In this document: one piece after another, positions 40,806 through 54,364 of the stretch | How the letters are laid out: each line of letters opens with the position of its first letter | How positions within the stretch are numbered: the first letter of the stretch is position 1 | NCBI GenBank assembly: GCA_951406725.2 | Contig: OX597826.1 | Span: 39,494,001 to 39,558,000, forward strand | Reading direction: 5' to 3' | Origin: Octopus vulgaris | Lineage: Eukaryota | DNA: 64,000 bases | The notes under the pieces: generated by a model | What the model was told of the DNA's origin: nothing | Seen by the model: the letters and a program-made list of their open reading frames with translations, nothing else | The model's database searches: none | Translations under genes and position numbers: made by a program

Positions 40806-41091
40806 TATTATTATTTGTGAGTTGCCCCTATTCCTAGTTTGAGAACGGTTTGCTTCCAAGTGAGAAGTTAGTTTTGAGTGTTCTTTCAGATGTTTATAGT
40901 TTGATCTAGTTGGATGTTTATTCATGTCTGCATATGTATTTGTTATAGATTTTTTCAGGAAGAGTTTATCAGAATTGTATTCTCTTTTAAACTGAGTTTC
41001 GTTATTAAGGAATAAATTAACACTGCTTTCCTACCGTTGAAGGGAATTTATTTCTTCCGACTCACAGCTTTCTTCCCATAGTCTGATAATG

Positions 41092-42347
41092 TAGGGTGGA
41101 GCAGAGAGGACCGACGTTTTTGAAAAATTCACAAAATCATTAATTTTACCTGCAAACAAATTATCAATGTGTTTGTATTGAATTTGCATTTGTCAAAATT
41201 AAGTGTTGAAAACAACACCCGCCATGTGCATTGATGCATTTTCTGAAGGCGTTATTGGAAGTTGGCCTCCACTCTCTCCAGCAATGCTCTGTCGATCTGG
41301 GCGACTTGTATGCGAATAGCTTCCTTCAAATTAACCAATGTACGGGGTTTATGCGCTTATACACGTGCCTTGAAGTTTCGCCACAAGAAATAATCACACA
41401 GGGGACCGAAGGGACCAAGGAATGTCAGCATACCTGGAAATGAGGTGGTCACCGAAGAGAGGGCGAAGAACTTCTAATGATGTTCTGGCTGCATGACCGT
41501 TGCCCCATCCTGCTGAAACCACACACGTCGAATAAGTTTACGTTTTCGTCGTAATTCGGGCGCAAAGAAGTTATCATCTCGCTGTAACGCACGGAGTTCA
41601 CAGTAACAGCATTTCCATGATTGTCTTCAAAAAACGTAAGGACCAATGACAGCAACTTTTCCAGCAGCACACAAGACCGTCACTTATGGGTTGTGCAGTG
41701 GTCTTTCGTGCAGTTCTCTCGGATTTTCAAGATCCCAATAACAACAGTTCTGATGATTCACCATGCCACTGAGATGAAAATAAGCTTCATCACTCATTAA
41801 CAAAATGAGGTTATCATTTAACTCTAAAATTGCTTCTATATGACGTGTTAAGCCGCTGTGCAGGTGCTTTCAATGGCCAATTTGTACGGGTGAAAATGCA
41901 GGTCTACATGCAAAATATACCTTACCGATCGATTGCCGATGCCAAATTAAGTGGAATGCCACTGAGCAGATTCTGACTCCCTATCAAAGCTTGTCTGGCG
42001 CTTTCCACATTTTCCGCGGTCCGTACCGTTCGGGGCGCCCACACTAGTCTCCTATTCATTAGTGTACCTCGTGTAAGATTGTGCTACAGGTAGGAACAGA
42101 CTGATTTCGTAGAATGTTGAAGTGGTACCAATTTTCACGCCGAGCTGCTGTGACGCACTCGTTATTCTTCACGTAACTGTCTCAGGGAAACATGCGATGC
42201 TCTATCGTCAATAGCGCCATGGCTTCACCTGAAAAGAACAAATGCTGAGACACTACAGATCGAATGGTACCTGTGAGACATATGTCCCTCCTCCTGGGGC
42301 TGAGTAATAGCCATTTCAAAAACGTCCGTCCTTTCTACCCCAACCTG
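41092..42347 (-). mobile_element. Degraded Tc1/mariner-superfamily element (rosa/DD41D-like)
   Basis: TIRs tagggtggagcagagaggaccgacgtttttgaaa and tttcaaaaacgtccgtcctttctaccccaacctg|ta. Fragments SDEAYFHLSGMVNHQN, FFEDNHGNAVTVNSVRY and WFQQDGAT. Confidence 0.85.
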
Positions 42348-42577
42348 TACTTTCCAAAAGTTGTTCATCAATATGTTTAGTGAGTTCGGTATAGATTTCT
42401 TCATCGATGGTTTTATATTTTTGTTCAGTGTTCGACGCTCTAAGTTTAAGTGACTCAATTTCTATTTTAATTTTCTCTGGCGCTAATTTCTCCTTAAATT
42501 GTCTGTGTTGTTCGGGCTCTTCAAGATTGGTCTAATTTGTAGTTTGCGTGATAGAATTAATGGCGTTGAGTTCAGTT

Positions 42578-42631
<54 letters not shown>

Positions 42632-42809
42632 CATATTATTGGCGCAGGCGTAGCTGTGTTGTAAGAAGTTTGACTAAGTTTTCTTCTATAATCTCGGGCC
42701 GACCAAAGCTTTATGAGTGAATTTTGTAGATGGAAGCTGAAAGAAGACGGTCGTATGTGTGTGTGTCTTGTATATATATATACATACATATATGAAATAT
42801 ATGTGTGTA

Positions 42810-42842
<33 letters not shown>

Positions 42843-43049
42843 TCTTTTATTTGTTTCAGCCATTTTACTGCGGCCTTGCTGGAGCACCACCTCTAGTCGA
42901 ACAAATCGACCCCAGAACTTTGTAAGCCTAGTATTTATTCCATCCGTCTATTTTGCTGAACCGCGAAGTTACGGGGGCCTAAACACACCAACATCTGTTG
43001 TCAAGCGATGCTGGGGGTATAAACACAGACACACAATCATATACATACA

Positions 43050-43101
<52 letters not shown>

Positions 43102-44039
43102 CATATATATATATATGAATATATATGACGGGATTCTTTCAGTTTCCTTCCACCAAATCCACTCACAAGGCTTTATTCGGCCCGAGGCTATAGTAGAAGA
43201 CACCTGCCTAAGGAGCCATGCACTGTGACTGAACCCGGAACCATGTGATTGGTAAGCAAGCTGCTTACCATACATCCGCTCTTGCGCCTATATATATATG
43301 TATATATTTATGTATATATAAAGTAAACAACAGGTTGCACGGTGCGCGCATAAATAAATCAAAAGTTGAACAGAAAGAACACAACAAGGTGAAAACACCG
43401 CAAGCAGAAATCCAGCAAAAAAGTTACATATTGAAAACTAGACGATAACATAACAAACAGGAAAGTGGACAAAAACAAGTTGCACGGACCATTGGTAGCC
43501 GAATTCCGCGTCAGCCAATGTCGGAATGTTCTAGCTGTTTCGTGCTTTTTAGCATTCAGATGGTTCGATTCCGGTAAGCGCCAGAGTATTAAACTTCTGG
43601 GAAAAGTAAACGAATGCATACAAGAACAAAAACAAGAGCAAGAAAGCTAAAAAAGATACCTATACAATATAACATGATGAAAGAATAATAGATGTGCAAC
43701 AGAAAAGAATCATACATATACAACAGAAAAACGCCTTCCGGCTATACGTCATAGAGTAAATAATTATATATTTAGTACATGAATAAATAACAGAAAGAGT
43801 CTTTCGACTATCAGATGAACGTTGTAGGTTGGCGCAGAGGAGAAATGTAAAGTCTAACAGACTGCGCAGGAGAACAGACGAACGTGACCAGACTGGACGT
43901 TGGCTGGCCGATAAAGAACTGCAATACCCTGAATAGTCACAGATCACGTGGTAGAAGAGGGAAAGAGTTGTAGAGGGGAGGGGGAAGGGTGGTAAAAAGG
44001 GACTAAGGAATGAGAGAGAGGGTGAAGGAATCAAGAGCA

Positions 44040-44225
44040 AATCGCAGAAGGTCCTCTGATTGCTTGCGGAAGACGACTTCCAAGCCGGACTCGAAAAGTG
44101 ACACTAAAGCTGGGACCGGTGTACTGCTGCGCAAAATGACTATTTTGAAGGAGATGATGTTAAAACTTACTTCAATAATTTAATTTTTATTAAATATTAC
44201 TAGTTCTGGAAAGTTTTGATACCAT
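44040..44225 (+). mobile_element. 3' fragment of a mariner element
   Basis: Encodes a degraded ...DDFQAG...WDRCTAAQNDYFEGDDVK C-terminus; homologous to 63850-64000 (-). Confidence 0.65.
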
Positions 44226-44241
44226 ATATATATATATATAT

Positions 44242-44430
44242 ATATTGTTGTATTTAGGAATGGTCATTTTGCCAGTTTAGCCAATAAAAACACACGCACT
44301 ATATATTTGGTGTTACTTTGCTTCAGTGTTATTTATTTTTTACATTAATCTTATTCTTATTTCGGCCAGAGTTCTTTCGTCACACTCCTGGCTAAACTGG
44401 CAAAATGACCATTCCTAAATACAACAATAT
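44242..44430. mobile_element. Small foldback/MITE-like element with about 42-bp perfect inverted termini
   Basis: atattgttgtatttaggaatggtcattttgccagtttagcca ... tggctaaactggcaaaatgaccattcctaaatacaacaatat. Confidence 0.75.
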
Positions 44431-44475
44431 CTGTTTCAACACACGACTTCACATAAAAAATCTTGCACAACAAAC

Positions 44476-44514
<39 letters not shown>

Positions 44515-44517
<3 letters not shown>

Positions 44518-44905
44518 AAGAATGTAACGATCAAGAAAGTGAATGATTATGACCCATTTATGTGCACAGTCTGTGACAGACCATGCCTGTCTTTTGCTGA
44601 CCTCAAATCACATCTGCGAATGCATGGAAACGAACCTCCACCAACTATTCTGCCTATACGTCTGTGCACACCTTTGAATGCAGTATATGCCAGAAGGTTT
44701 GCAAATCCAAAGGAGGCCTCAAAATACATTATAAGATCCTCAAAGAGCAGAACTTATCTGCAGCTCTTGATGGTTGCAATCTATGTGGGTGTCTTTTCAG
44801 AACATTGTCTGGTTTAAAAAGCCACATCAGATGCCAAGATGGTGCTAAGTTGTAGGTGCAGGAGGTGGTCAAATTTTGCATAAGGAGTAGACAACCACCA
44901 TGATA
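44515..44905 (+). mobile_element. Degraded triple C2H2 zinc-finger segment, probably the 3' end of an RTE-type LINE
   Basis: FMCTVCDRPCLSFADLKSHLRMH, FECSICQKVCKSKGGLKIHYKI and CNLCGCLFRTLSGLKSHIR, with a frameshift, no TGEKP linkers, a short 3' tail and microsatellite flanks. Confidence 0.6.
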
Positions 44906-44942
44906 CCATATACATATACATACATATATATCATACATATAT

Positions 44943-44983
<41 letters not shown>

Positions 44984-45202
44984 ATGTGTGTGTGTGTGTA
45001 TAAATATATATTCATAATGAAGGCTTCTAGGGTAGTAGCAGCAATGCTAAAAATAGGAGTGGAATTTACTCAAAACCACAGTTTTCATTTGTACACACTG
45101 GGTAATTCCATGGAATGGGCAAACTATAACAACCCAAGTTACCATTAACGAAAAATTCCTAAATGAAAAAAGCCCTTGTCCATGCCATGCAGTACGTATA
45201 TG

Positions 45203-45240
<38 letters not shown>

Positions 45241-45519
45241 TTTATGCTTTTAAGTTTTTTACAAGAGAAGCATTAAGGTGCTGTATGTTGTAGTTCATGT
45301 CTACTTAGGGTTAGTAACCTAACCATTAAGTCGAGGCCATTAAATCCATTTTGCCAGTAAAGCGATAAAATAGGTGAATGCTTTCGATTTGTTTCCTTTG
45401 AAGAGCACTGTACTAACTTGTATTAATATTCACTTGCATACTGTCATGGAGCCATGTTACCTATGGATTTCATTAAATTATAACACAATATCAATAATCA
45501 CTTGTACATGCACAGGCAC

Positions 45520-45947
<428 letters not shown>

Positions 45948-46315
45948 AGGAAGTTTGTATTTATGTGCGTGTATGTATATGCAGGTTAAATAATAGTGCA
46001 TTTTGTAGTACAGTCAGAAGGAACAGTTTATAGCCCAATATTTTTTTATAATGCAATAAGCAACTTGACTCCTATCATGGAAAATGTTGTTTTGTCATAA
46101 AGTACTTCAAGAATGAAATATTGCAAAATTGCATTACCTGACAGTGTAGAATCGTTGTTTGTTTATTACTAAATGCCTTTTGTATAAAACCTTAGAATTT
46201 GTTTCATTCAGTGAATATGGTTTTATGATTATTATGCATGCAAGAAAACCTTTTGATTTAAGAATGACGGTGTTGCGCTATTAGTTATTTCTTTGGTATT
46301 ATTGGGCTTTATAAG

Positions 46316-46985
46316 GGCGGCGAGCTGGCAGAAACGTTAACACGTCGGGCAAAATGCATAGCATTATTTCGTTTGTCTTTATGTTCTGAGTCCAAATTCC
46401 GCCGAGTCGGACTTTACTTTCCGTCCTTTCGGCGTCGAGAAATTATGTACCAGTTGCATACTGGGATCGATCTAATCGACTGGCCTCCTCCTCCAAAATT
46501 TCGGCCCTTGTGCGTAGAGTAGAAAAAAAAAAGGAAAAAATTTTGGCCCTTGTGCCTAGAGTAAAAAAGTTTATTGGGCTTTATTAAGGCGGCGAGCTGG
46601 CAGAAACGTTAGCACGTCGGGCGAAATGCGTAGCCATATTTCGTCTACCGTTACGTTCTGAGTTCAAATTCCACCGAGGTTGACTTTGCCTTTCATCCTT
46701 TCGGGTTCGATAAATTAAGTACCAGTTACGCACTGGGGTCGATGTAATCGACTTAATCAGTTTGTCTGTCCTTGTTTGTCCTCTCTGTGTTTAGCCCCTT
46801 GTGGGTAGTAAAGAAATAGGTATTTCGTCTGCCGCTACTTTCTGAGTTCAAATTCCACCGAGGTCGACTTTGCCTTTCATTCTTTTGGGGTCGATTAAAT
46901 GGGTACCAGTTACGCACTGGGGTCGATGCAATCGACTTACCCCCTGCACGCAAATCTCAGGCCTTGTGTTTATAATAGAAAGGAT
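46316..46985 (+). mobile_element. Tandem cluster of three family B SINE copies
   Basis: Heads ggcggcgagctggcagaaacg at 46316 and 46588; a 5'-truncated third copy starts at about 46820. Confidence 0.85.
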
Positions 46986-47499
46986 TATTGGGCTTTATAT
47001 TCTAAACCTCCATAAAATTATTCATACATTACATAATAGATTTTACAGGGAACATAGCTGAATAATCTCTCTTGATATAAAGGGTTATAAATTAAATTTA
47101 GAAAGGATTTCATATATTCATTTAAAGAATGAATATATATTACCGTTGGTATTAATTTTAGGATTGCTAACTTACTGCTTAACATTAGAATAGCCTAATT
47201 TGTTGGAGGCATTACAGCACAGAGTTTTAAATGCTTTAGAAAACCGCAACAAATTAGGAATACGCGAACGAAATGGAGACATAACATGAACTCTGATCAG
47301 CACGGATATATGAGGATATTGAGGTGTGCGATATGAGCAAATGAATAGAAACAGAGAAAAATTTCAGTACATCAAACAATTCAAATCACCTTGCTATATA
47401 GTTTGAAAAAAGAGCCTTGTAATATTAGCTAATGTATTCTTTACGTTCTGAGTTCAAATTCCCCCGAGGTTGTCTTTGCTTTTCATCCTTTCGGGGTCA

Positions 47500-48478
47500 A
47501 TAGAATCGGTTAGCATTGCTTTGCGCGTATTTTTGTCTCTTTTAGCCTTCAGCATTTCTTTCACTTTTTTAATGACTTTATCACTTACCGATTTTAATTC
47601 TATGTCTTGTAATGCGACTGGCAGTACACGTATGACGTTACACAGAACATTTTTTATTTCATTTTCCGCTCGCAATGCAGCAATCACGGTATCATCAAAT
47701 GGTTTAACATTTTTTTGAAATCAGTCTTGGTAAACAATCAGCGTATCCGAATTGCTCAGATGGTATATACTCCATCTTTAAATCATAGTTCAATAATATA
47801 GTACCCCAGCGTTGCAACCTATTAGCAGTATGGGTAGGGATTCCTTTATTCGACCCATATATCGATTATAACGATGATGATCAGTCTGTAGTCGAAAAGC
47901 TCCACCGTGTAAAACTCTATGAATATTTTTTACGGTAATAATAATAGCTAGATCCTCTTTTTCGATTTGGCTGTAATTTTTTTCTACTGATATCAGAGAA
48001 CGTGAGGCATGAATCCCTGCTTTCATGTTACCATCTTTATACTTGTGTAACATTACTGCTCCGTCACCATACTGAGAAGCATCTCAAGTTACTGCAATAT
48101 ATACTGCAGGATCTAAGTGTGTTAACGACGAATCAGATGTTGATATTTTTTTAGTTTCGTCGAACGCCTTCTGATAATTTTCAAACCAATTCCACTTAAC
48201 ATGTTTTTTTAACAGATTATTTAGTGGAACTCATACCTTAGGCCTATTTGGAATATAATTTTGGTAATAATTTGCCAGTCCTAAAAAAGCTGGTAATGCC
48301 ATTATATTTGTCGGAGGGGGCATATCTTTAATTGCATCTGCCTTCGAAGGACCTGGTTGACGTCCATTTTTGTCAATGTTTAGTCCTAAATATTCCATTT
48401 TCGGTAATAAAGTAAAGCCGTAATCCCTAATTGTTTCGAATACATATTTTACTTGCTCTACATGCTGGATTCACTTTT
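47500..48478 (-). mobile_element. Ty3/Gypsy LTR-retrotransposon pol remnant (RT-RNase H)
   Basis: EYLGL, FLGLANYYQNYIPN, HASRSLISVEKNYSQIEKEDLAII...FRLQTDH, LQRWGTILLNYDFKMEYIP and FGYADCL. Confidence 0.9.
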
Positions 48479-48740
48479 TATGAGTATACCATCCAGATAT
48501 GGAATTGCGAATTCACAGTCCTCTCTTTTACTCTTTTACTTGTTTCAGTCATTTGACTGCAGCCATGCTGGAGCACCGCCTTTAATCGAGCAACTCGACC
48601 CCGGGACTTATTCATTGTAAGCCCAGTACTTATTCTATCGATCTCTTTTGCCGAACCGCTAAGTGACGGGGACATAAACACACCAGCATCGGTCGTCAAG
48701 CAATGCTAGGGGGACAAACACAGACACACATACATACACG

Positions 48741-48780
<40 letters not shown>

Positions 48781-49039
48781 CGGGCTTCTTTCAGTTTCCG
48801 TCTACCAAATCCACTGACAAGGCTTTGGTCGGCCCGAGGCTACAGGAGAAGACACTTTCCCAAGGTGCCACGCAGTGGGACTGAACCCGGAACCATGTGG
48901 TTGGTAAACAATCTACTTACCACACAGCCACTCCTGCGCCAGTCCGCTGGCATTGCATACACAATGTGTTGAAAAATCGCCAGTGCGACTTTTAAGCTAA
49001 ATGGTAGCCTGTTATACAGTTCTATATTAAAGAGATGAG

Positions 49040-49782
49040 GAATTATGTACATTATTTACTTTACTTACATTATTTACATTCGACGGATATTTGTCCTCAT
49101 CTTGTTTGTTGTTAACACGTTTCAATTGAAATACCCTCCAGCCTTCTTCAGGTGTCTTGGGGAAATTTCGAACCTGGGTTGTCATTCCTAAGGTATTTTT
49201 CGATGTTGTTGTTGTTGTTATTATTGTTATTGTTATTGTTTAGGTCACTGCTTGGCATCGAACTCGGAATCTAGGGGGATAGTAGCCTGCACTCTTAACC
49301 ATTACGCCATATGCCCGTGGGAAATTATGGATTGAATTTTAGGGCTTATAAATCTAATATTTTTCTATCCTTCCTTAATACCGGTTCCCATATGCTGCTC
49401 ATATCTGCACTCGGTCTGCTTAGGAGGTCGTTGTGTCCAAGCATATGTGCTGCTTCTTTCAGTTTTCGTATTTTCCAGTGGTGTTCTCTGTCTATTATTA
49501 TAACTTCATCTCACAAGGGGAGGTGGTCCCCATTTTTCCATACCTGATCAGCTATACCCGATTTATCAATACCTCCTCACGTCATAGCTTTGCGATGTTC
49601 GTCTATCCTTATTTTGAGGGGCAACATGTTTCGCCTTTGTAAAACTATCACAGCTGCATGGGATGGAATACACGCAGTCTGTGGTCATATTCTCTTCTAT
49701 TGGTGGTTTTACTCGAAGAGTATACTGCGCTTCATATATTTTACCCCAGTGTCACTTTGATGGCATGCACTGCTCTCTCACC
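49040..49782 (-). mobile_element. Penelope-like element 3' fragment (GIY-YIG) with downstream LTR-like region
   Basis: Minus strand DCVYSIPCSC, SGIADQVW and IIDREHHWKIRKLKEAAHM. A decayed hammerhead motif gacacCTGAAGAAGGCT...GAAACGTG lies at about 49114-49156. Confidence 0.8.
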
Positions 49783-49783
49783 C

Positions 49784-49836
<53 letters not shown>

Positions 49837-49853
49837 TAATAATAATGATAATA

Positions 49854-49940
<87 letters not shown>
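49784..49940. repeat. (AAT)n/(AATGAT)n microsatellite
   Basis: Direct reading. Confidence 0.95.
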
Positions 49941-50147
49941 TATAGGCAGAGGAGTGGCTATAGACGTAGGAGTGGCTGGGTGGTAAGTAGCTTGCTTACA
50001 AACTACATGGTTCCGGGTTCGTTCTCACTGCGTGGCACCTTGGGCAAATGTCATCCACTATAACCTCGGGCCGGCGAAGGCCTTGTGGGTGTATTTGGTA
50101 GACGGAAGCTGAAAGAAGCCCGTCGCATATATATAAGAATAAAAGAG

Positions 50148-50193
<46 letters not shown>

Positions 50194-51374
50194 TATGCAT
50201 ATCAATATGTGTATGCGTGTATATATATACGTTTGTTGTGTGAGTGGAGTGCGTGTGTATATAGAATATATGTAGATATATAAATACACAATTCAATTGC
50301 TTCTGTTCAGGAGTTTCTTTAAAAATTATATTCAAAATTTTATTGTCAAAAAGCTTTTCGTACCTCAGACAATACTGCTTCAAATTTTTATAGCTTTTCT
50401 ATATTGTACTCACTCGTATAATGAACCTAATCTATGCAGCCAATATATCTACAGGCATAAAGGACAAAAGGTCGGTTCCCCTTAAATGCTTAACGTTAAA
50501 ACTGATGTGACGAGATTGAAAGAAATATTAAGATATTAGCTTTGAATCGTAACTGAAGGTGGGGAATATAATTTCATAACTAAAACTAATCGCAGAAGAA
50601 ATTAAGAATCAATACATAGCCTCAATGAAAAATGCGTAGAATAGTAAATGGCCCACATAGCATAGTATGTTACAATCAGCCTGCTATGCTATTCGAGTTG
50701 CGGAAGTCAAGTATGAAATAGATTTTCCATTGATTCTCCGCTTTACTTGCGTGTCAATTTTCTTTTTCTTGCGAGGAACTACGAACACCGAAACAATGAA
50801 TTACTTTGCTTTTACTAAACCTGGGATATTGTTAGAATTTTCTTTGCTAAGAACGTCAACTTTAGTTGTGTATAATTTGCAATGATTCTATTTTAGCAAC
50901 AGGACAGAAAGTGTGCATGGATATGATTTATCCAGACTTGAAACTATAGTTAACGGAGATTTTTATGTAAAGGATATATAATGTCGATATATAAACATAA
51001 TTCTACACCTGCAAAAACACGTGGAAATATTTATATTATTAACAACAAATCTCAGAAAATTTTATATATGAAATATTAGAGATAGTTTTTCTACCAATAT
51101 TTTGTCTGCAATTTCATTAAATACTTTAAAATTAGCATTTATTAAACTTCTAAAATAATTAATTTAAATGTTACCTGTTCTTCATTTTTCTTAATTTTCT
51201 TGCTTTCCTTCAATTTTTTTTTATTGCCATCGGATACAAATAACAAACAAATCAGTAAATATTTGGATTACTATAATAAAATTCATTATCACTGAAAATA
51301 AAAAAATTAGGTTAAAATTGTGTTTTTACCGTCTCAAATTGAATAATGACCCACGGTTTCCTGTTTCCAGAATT

Positions 51375-51570
51375 AACGACATGTTATCATCATCATCTGG
51401 TCGAGCTTGCTCGACATCTTTAATCAGCGTACGCCATCGATCTTAATCCTGCATTAATCAAGGGAGTTCTTCAGGGAGCTATCCGGGTTCTGGTAGTTGG
51501 TCTACATACGTTGTGTTCAGACGACCTGCTCGAGGAGAGCCATGCTTTGGTAGTCATAACAGTAGGTTTA
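51375..51570 (-). mobile_element. 3' end fragment of an RTE/RTE-X-like LINE
   Basis: Degraded LLL*LPKHGSPRAGRLNTTYVDQL...LMQD*DRWRTLI, followed by a (GAT)n tail. Confidence 0.6.
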
Positions 51571-51929
51571 GCTCGTACAATAACAAAAGAAGCATGCACA
51601 TCATACACATTAAGAATACTAAGCACAAATCAAATTATGACAATAATCACAAAGATATAAATAATATATACTAAATTCCTTCTTTTGCAATAATCTTAAA
51701 ATTTATATTGCACTTTAACTCTACAATCGCAAAAATCACTCATATTATCACTGGAAATAACAGATGGGTTGGGGCGAGTAATCTCCCCTTGATTGTTATG
51801 TAAGAATGGAGCATTTACATTTCGTTTATTATGGGGCAGACTGAGCATGCGTTGAGCATAAAATTTATCTGGTGTAATAGAATTTAGAGAAGATATATAT
51901 CTAAATAATTTACGAGTAACTGAAAAGCC

Positions 51930-52920
51930 ATATCGAAAAATCGTGCTGTGGAATAATTCACACTAAATCAAAAAATGTAATTTTGCCAACCTCCCATACC
52001 AGTTTCGTGAAGCTATAGATAAGAATTTCTCAAAAAATTCAAGATACCATTCTATTATCAATTCACACCGAATTAGAATAAGGTTATCAGACACCAAAAA
52101 CCATTCACAAATCATCTCTTCGCATAACAATAAGTTATTAAATACAAATCCACGTAATGAAAATAATAACATTGATATTATTAACACTAACGATTCTTTG
52201 AACAATAATAACAATATTAGTATTTCTGATATAAATTCGAATCGTATTCGTTTTCTTAGCAGTCATTCTAAGACTAGAAACTCTGTTTATCAATGTAAAA
52301 TTACTTCCGGTTCTGATTTCTCCTTTTTTTTTTACATAGGTAGGTTTTCATCGAAAAGAATATCTAATCATTACTCCAAATTTAGATATACTAATAAACG
52401 CAGCAATACTGGGCTTAGTAAATTTATTTGGCTTCTAAAGGAACACAATAAACAATTTGATTTGGAATATTCTATCTAGATCCTTTCCATATGATGAAGG
52501 TAAATCTTTTTGTCCGTTCTGTAACGAAGAACAATATCTCATTCTGCTCTCGGAGAATTCTCTTGTAAACACGTTTAAAGAACGCGTTTATCGTTTCAAA
52601 CATTGGCAAAAACATACCTTTAGTTCCTATAAGTAATTTCTACCAATCTATCAAATTCGACCTTTAACTGTCTTCTTACATTTCATTTCCACTAAATATA
52701 CCTATTTCCACGCTTTTCAATTTTATTCCCATTCAGCTATCGTATTATATTTCGCCACTCTAAATTTTCTGTTAATTTCTTTGTTTCTCCTCCTTCTCTT
52801 TCCTTAAATTACCTTGGACGTTAAATCTATTAACAATTTTAAAAAAATAACTTGCCAGTAAACACATTCGGTTAAAATGCCTTATTGATGTGATTTGTTT
52901 CTCTTTTCTTCCTGATGAGA
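51930..52920 (+). mobile_element. Penelope-like element remnant (GIY-YIG domain)
   Basis: NSVYQCKIT...FYIG...KRISNHYSKFRY...TGLSKFIWLLKE...YSI, then PYDEGKSFCPFCNEE. Confidence 0.75.
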
Positions 52921-53185
52921 TGATTGCATTTGTACAGAATTCTAAGAGTCTCTGGCCATTCTCATTGATTTTCCCCAGTCCAAACTGTCCAAGGCAGTTG
53001 GGCCATGCTTAGGGATCATCGCCTACTTTTGCATTGAAATCGCCCATGAGAAAGAGTTGGTCTACCCTCGGGACACTGTTGATCACATCCTGAAGTACCT
53101 CGTAGAACTGATCTTTCTTCTCATTTTCTGCTGTTAGAATCAGGGCATAGGCACTAATGAGATGGGCCCTTCCAGTTTTTGTTCC
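52921..53185 (-). mobile_element. LINE AP-endonuclease fragment (RTE-like)
   Basis: HLISAYA...EKKDQFYEVLQDVINSVPRVDQLFLMGDFNAKVG and GKINENGQRLLEFC. Confidence 0.85.
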
Positions 53186-53483
53186 CACTTCCATGAACAT
53201 CTTATGTGGCTACCACAGTCCACAGATCTCAATATTATTGAACAGTTATGGTGCATTTTAGAAAAACAAGTTAGGAGTCGACATACTCCACCATCATCAA
53301 TGCAAGAACTGGAGACTGTTTTAGCTGAAGAATGGACAAAAATTTAATTGGAAACAATGCAAAATTTCTACGAGTCCATACCTTGTAGAAGTCAAGCTGT
53401 AATTATTGCCAAAGGCGGTCCTACCTCGTATTAAAATAAATTTTTTTGAAATTTTAAGGTGTTTCCATTATCTTGTCCAACCA

Positions 53484-53486
<3 letters not shown>
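53186..53486 (+). mobile_element. 3' fragment of a Tc1-like (DD34E) transposon
   Basis: WLPQSTDLNIIEQLW...LQ/QELETVLAEEWTKI; terminal ...ttgtccaaccactg|TA. Confidence 0.85.
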
Positions 53487-53560
<74 letters not shown>

Positions 53561-53809
53561 AAGAGGAAGAAAGAGAAAGAGGGAGAGATTAGGGAATAAA
53601 AGCGATTAACAAATCCAGGGAGATATCAAGAAACGAATTTCATTTTAAACGAATTTGGTTAACTAGATCAAACAATTAGACACCGATACATACAAGTAGA
53701 ATCAACATCCATGGGAATTCCTCATGTATGTTAAGTAAATCCAAATATCCTTTGGAAGAATTTCAAGAAATTCAGAGTATTAGACAATAAGGTTTATATA
53801 TATATCATC

Positions 53810-54098
53810 GTGATTCCCGTGACCAACCAGCCTATTAGATGTTGCTACACATCGCTGGTTACAATGTGCTCCGCATTGTTTTAGCCTTCAAATGACGCCA
53901 CCCCGCTGGCTTAGCGAGCAGGCCAACTGAAGAAAGAGTGAGAGAAAGTTGTGGCGAAAGAGTACAACACGGATCGTCACCACCCACTGCCGGAGACTCG
54001 TGGAGCTTTAGATGTTTTTGCTCAATAAAGACTCACAACACCCGGTCTGGGAATCGAAACCACGAGTCCGTTGCCCTAACCACTGGGCCATTGCGCCT
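53810..54098 (-). mobile_element. tRNA-derived SINE, family A, body type 2
   Basis: Aligns along its length with 1935-2235. Confidence 0.8.
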
Positions 54099-54129
<31 letters not shown>

Positions 54130-54248
54130 CGGTTTAAGCAATTGAGATTCAAGTGAGTTCTAATGAATTCAAATGAATATGGTCCTTAACTAGGATGCAC
54201 CGGAAATCTATATGGTGTTAACCATACGACAAAGTGGGGTGATTACAA

Positions 54249-54351
54249 ATAGGAAAAAAGCAACAAGAATGGATCAATATATCGGTACAATAGTTTCGTA
54301 CGAGGACAATTGTACCGATATATTGATCCATTCTTGTTGCTTTTTTCCTAT
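54249..54351. repeat. 103-bp near-perfect palindrome
   Basis: ataggaaaaaagcaacaagaatggatcaatatatcggtacaat ... attgtaccgatatattgatccattcttgttgcttttttcctat, centred on tcgt|acga. Confidence 0.9.
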
Positions 54352-54364
54352 ATATATATATATA

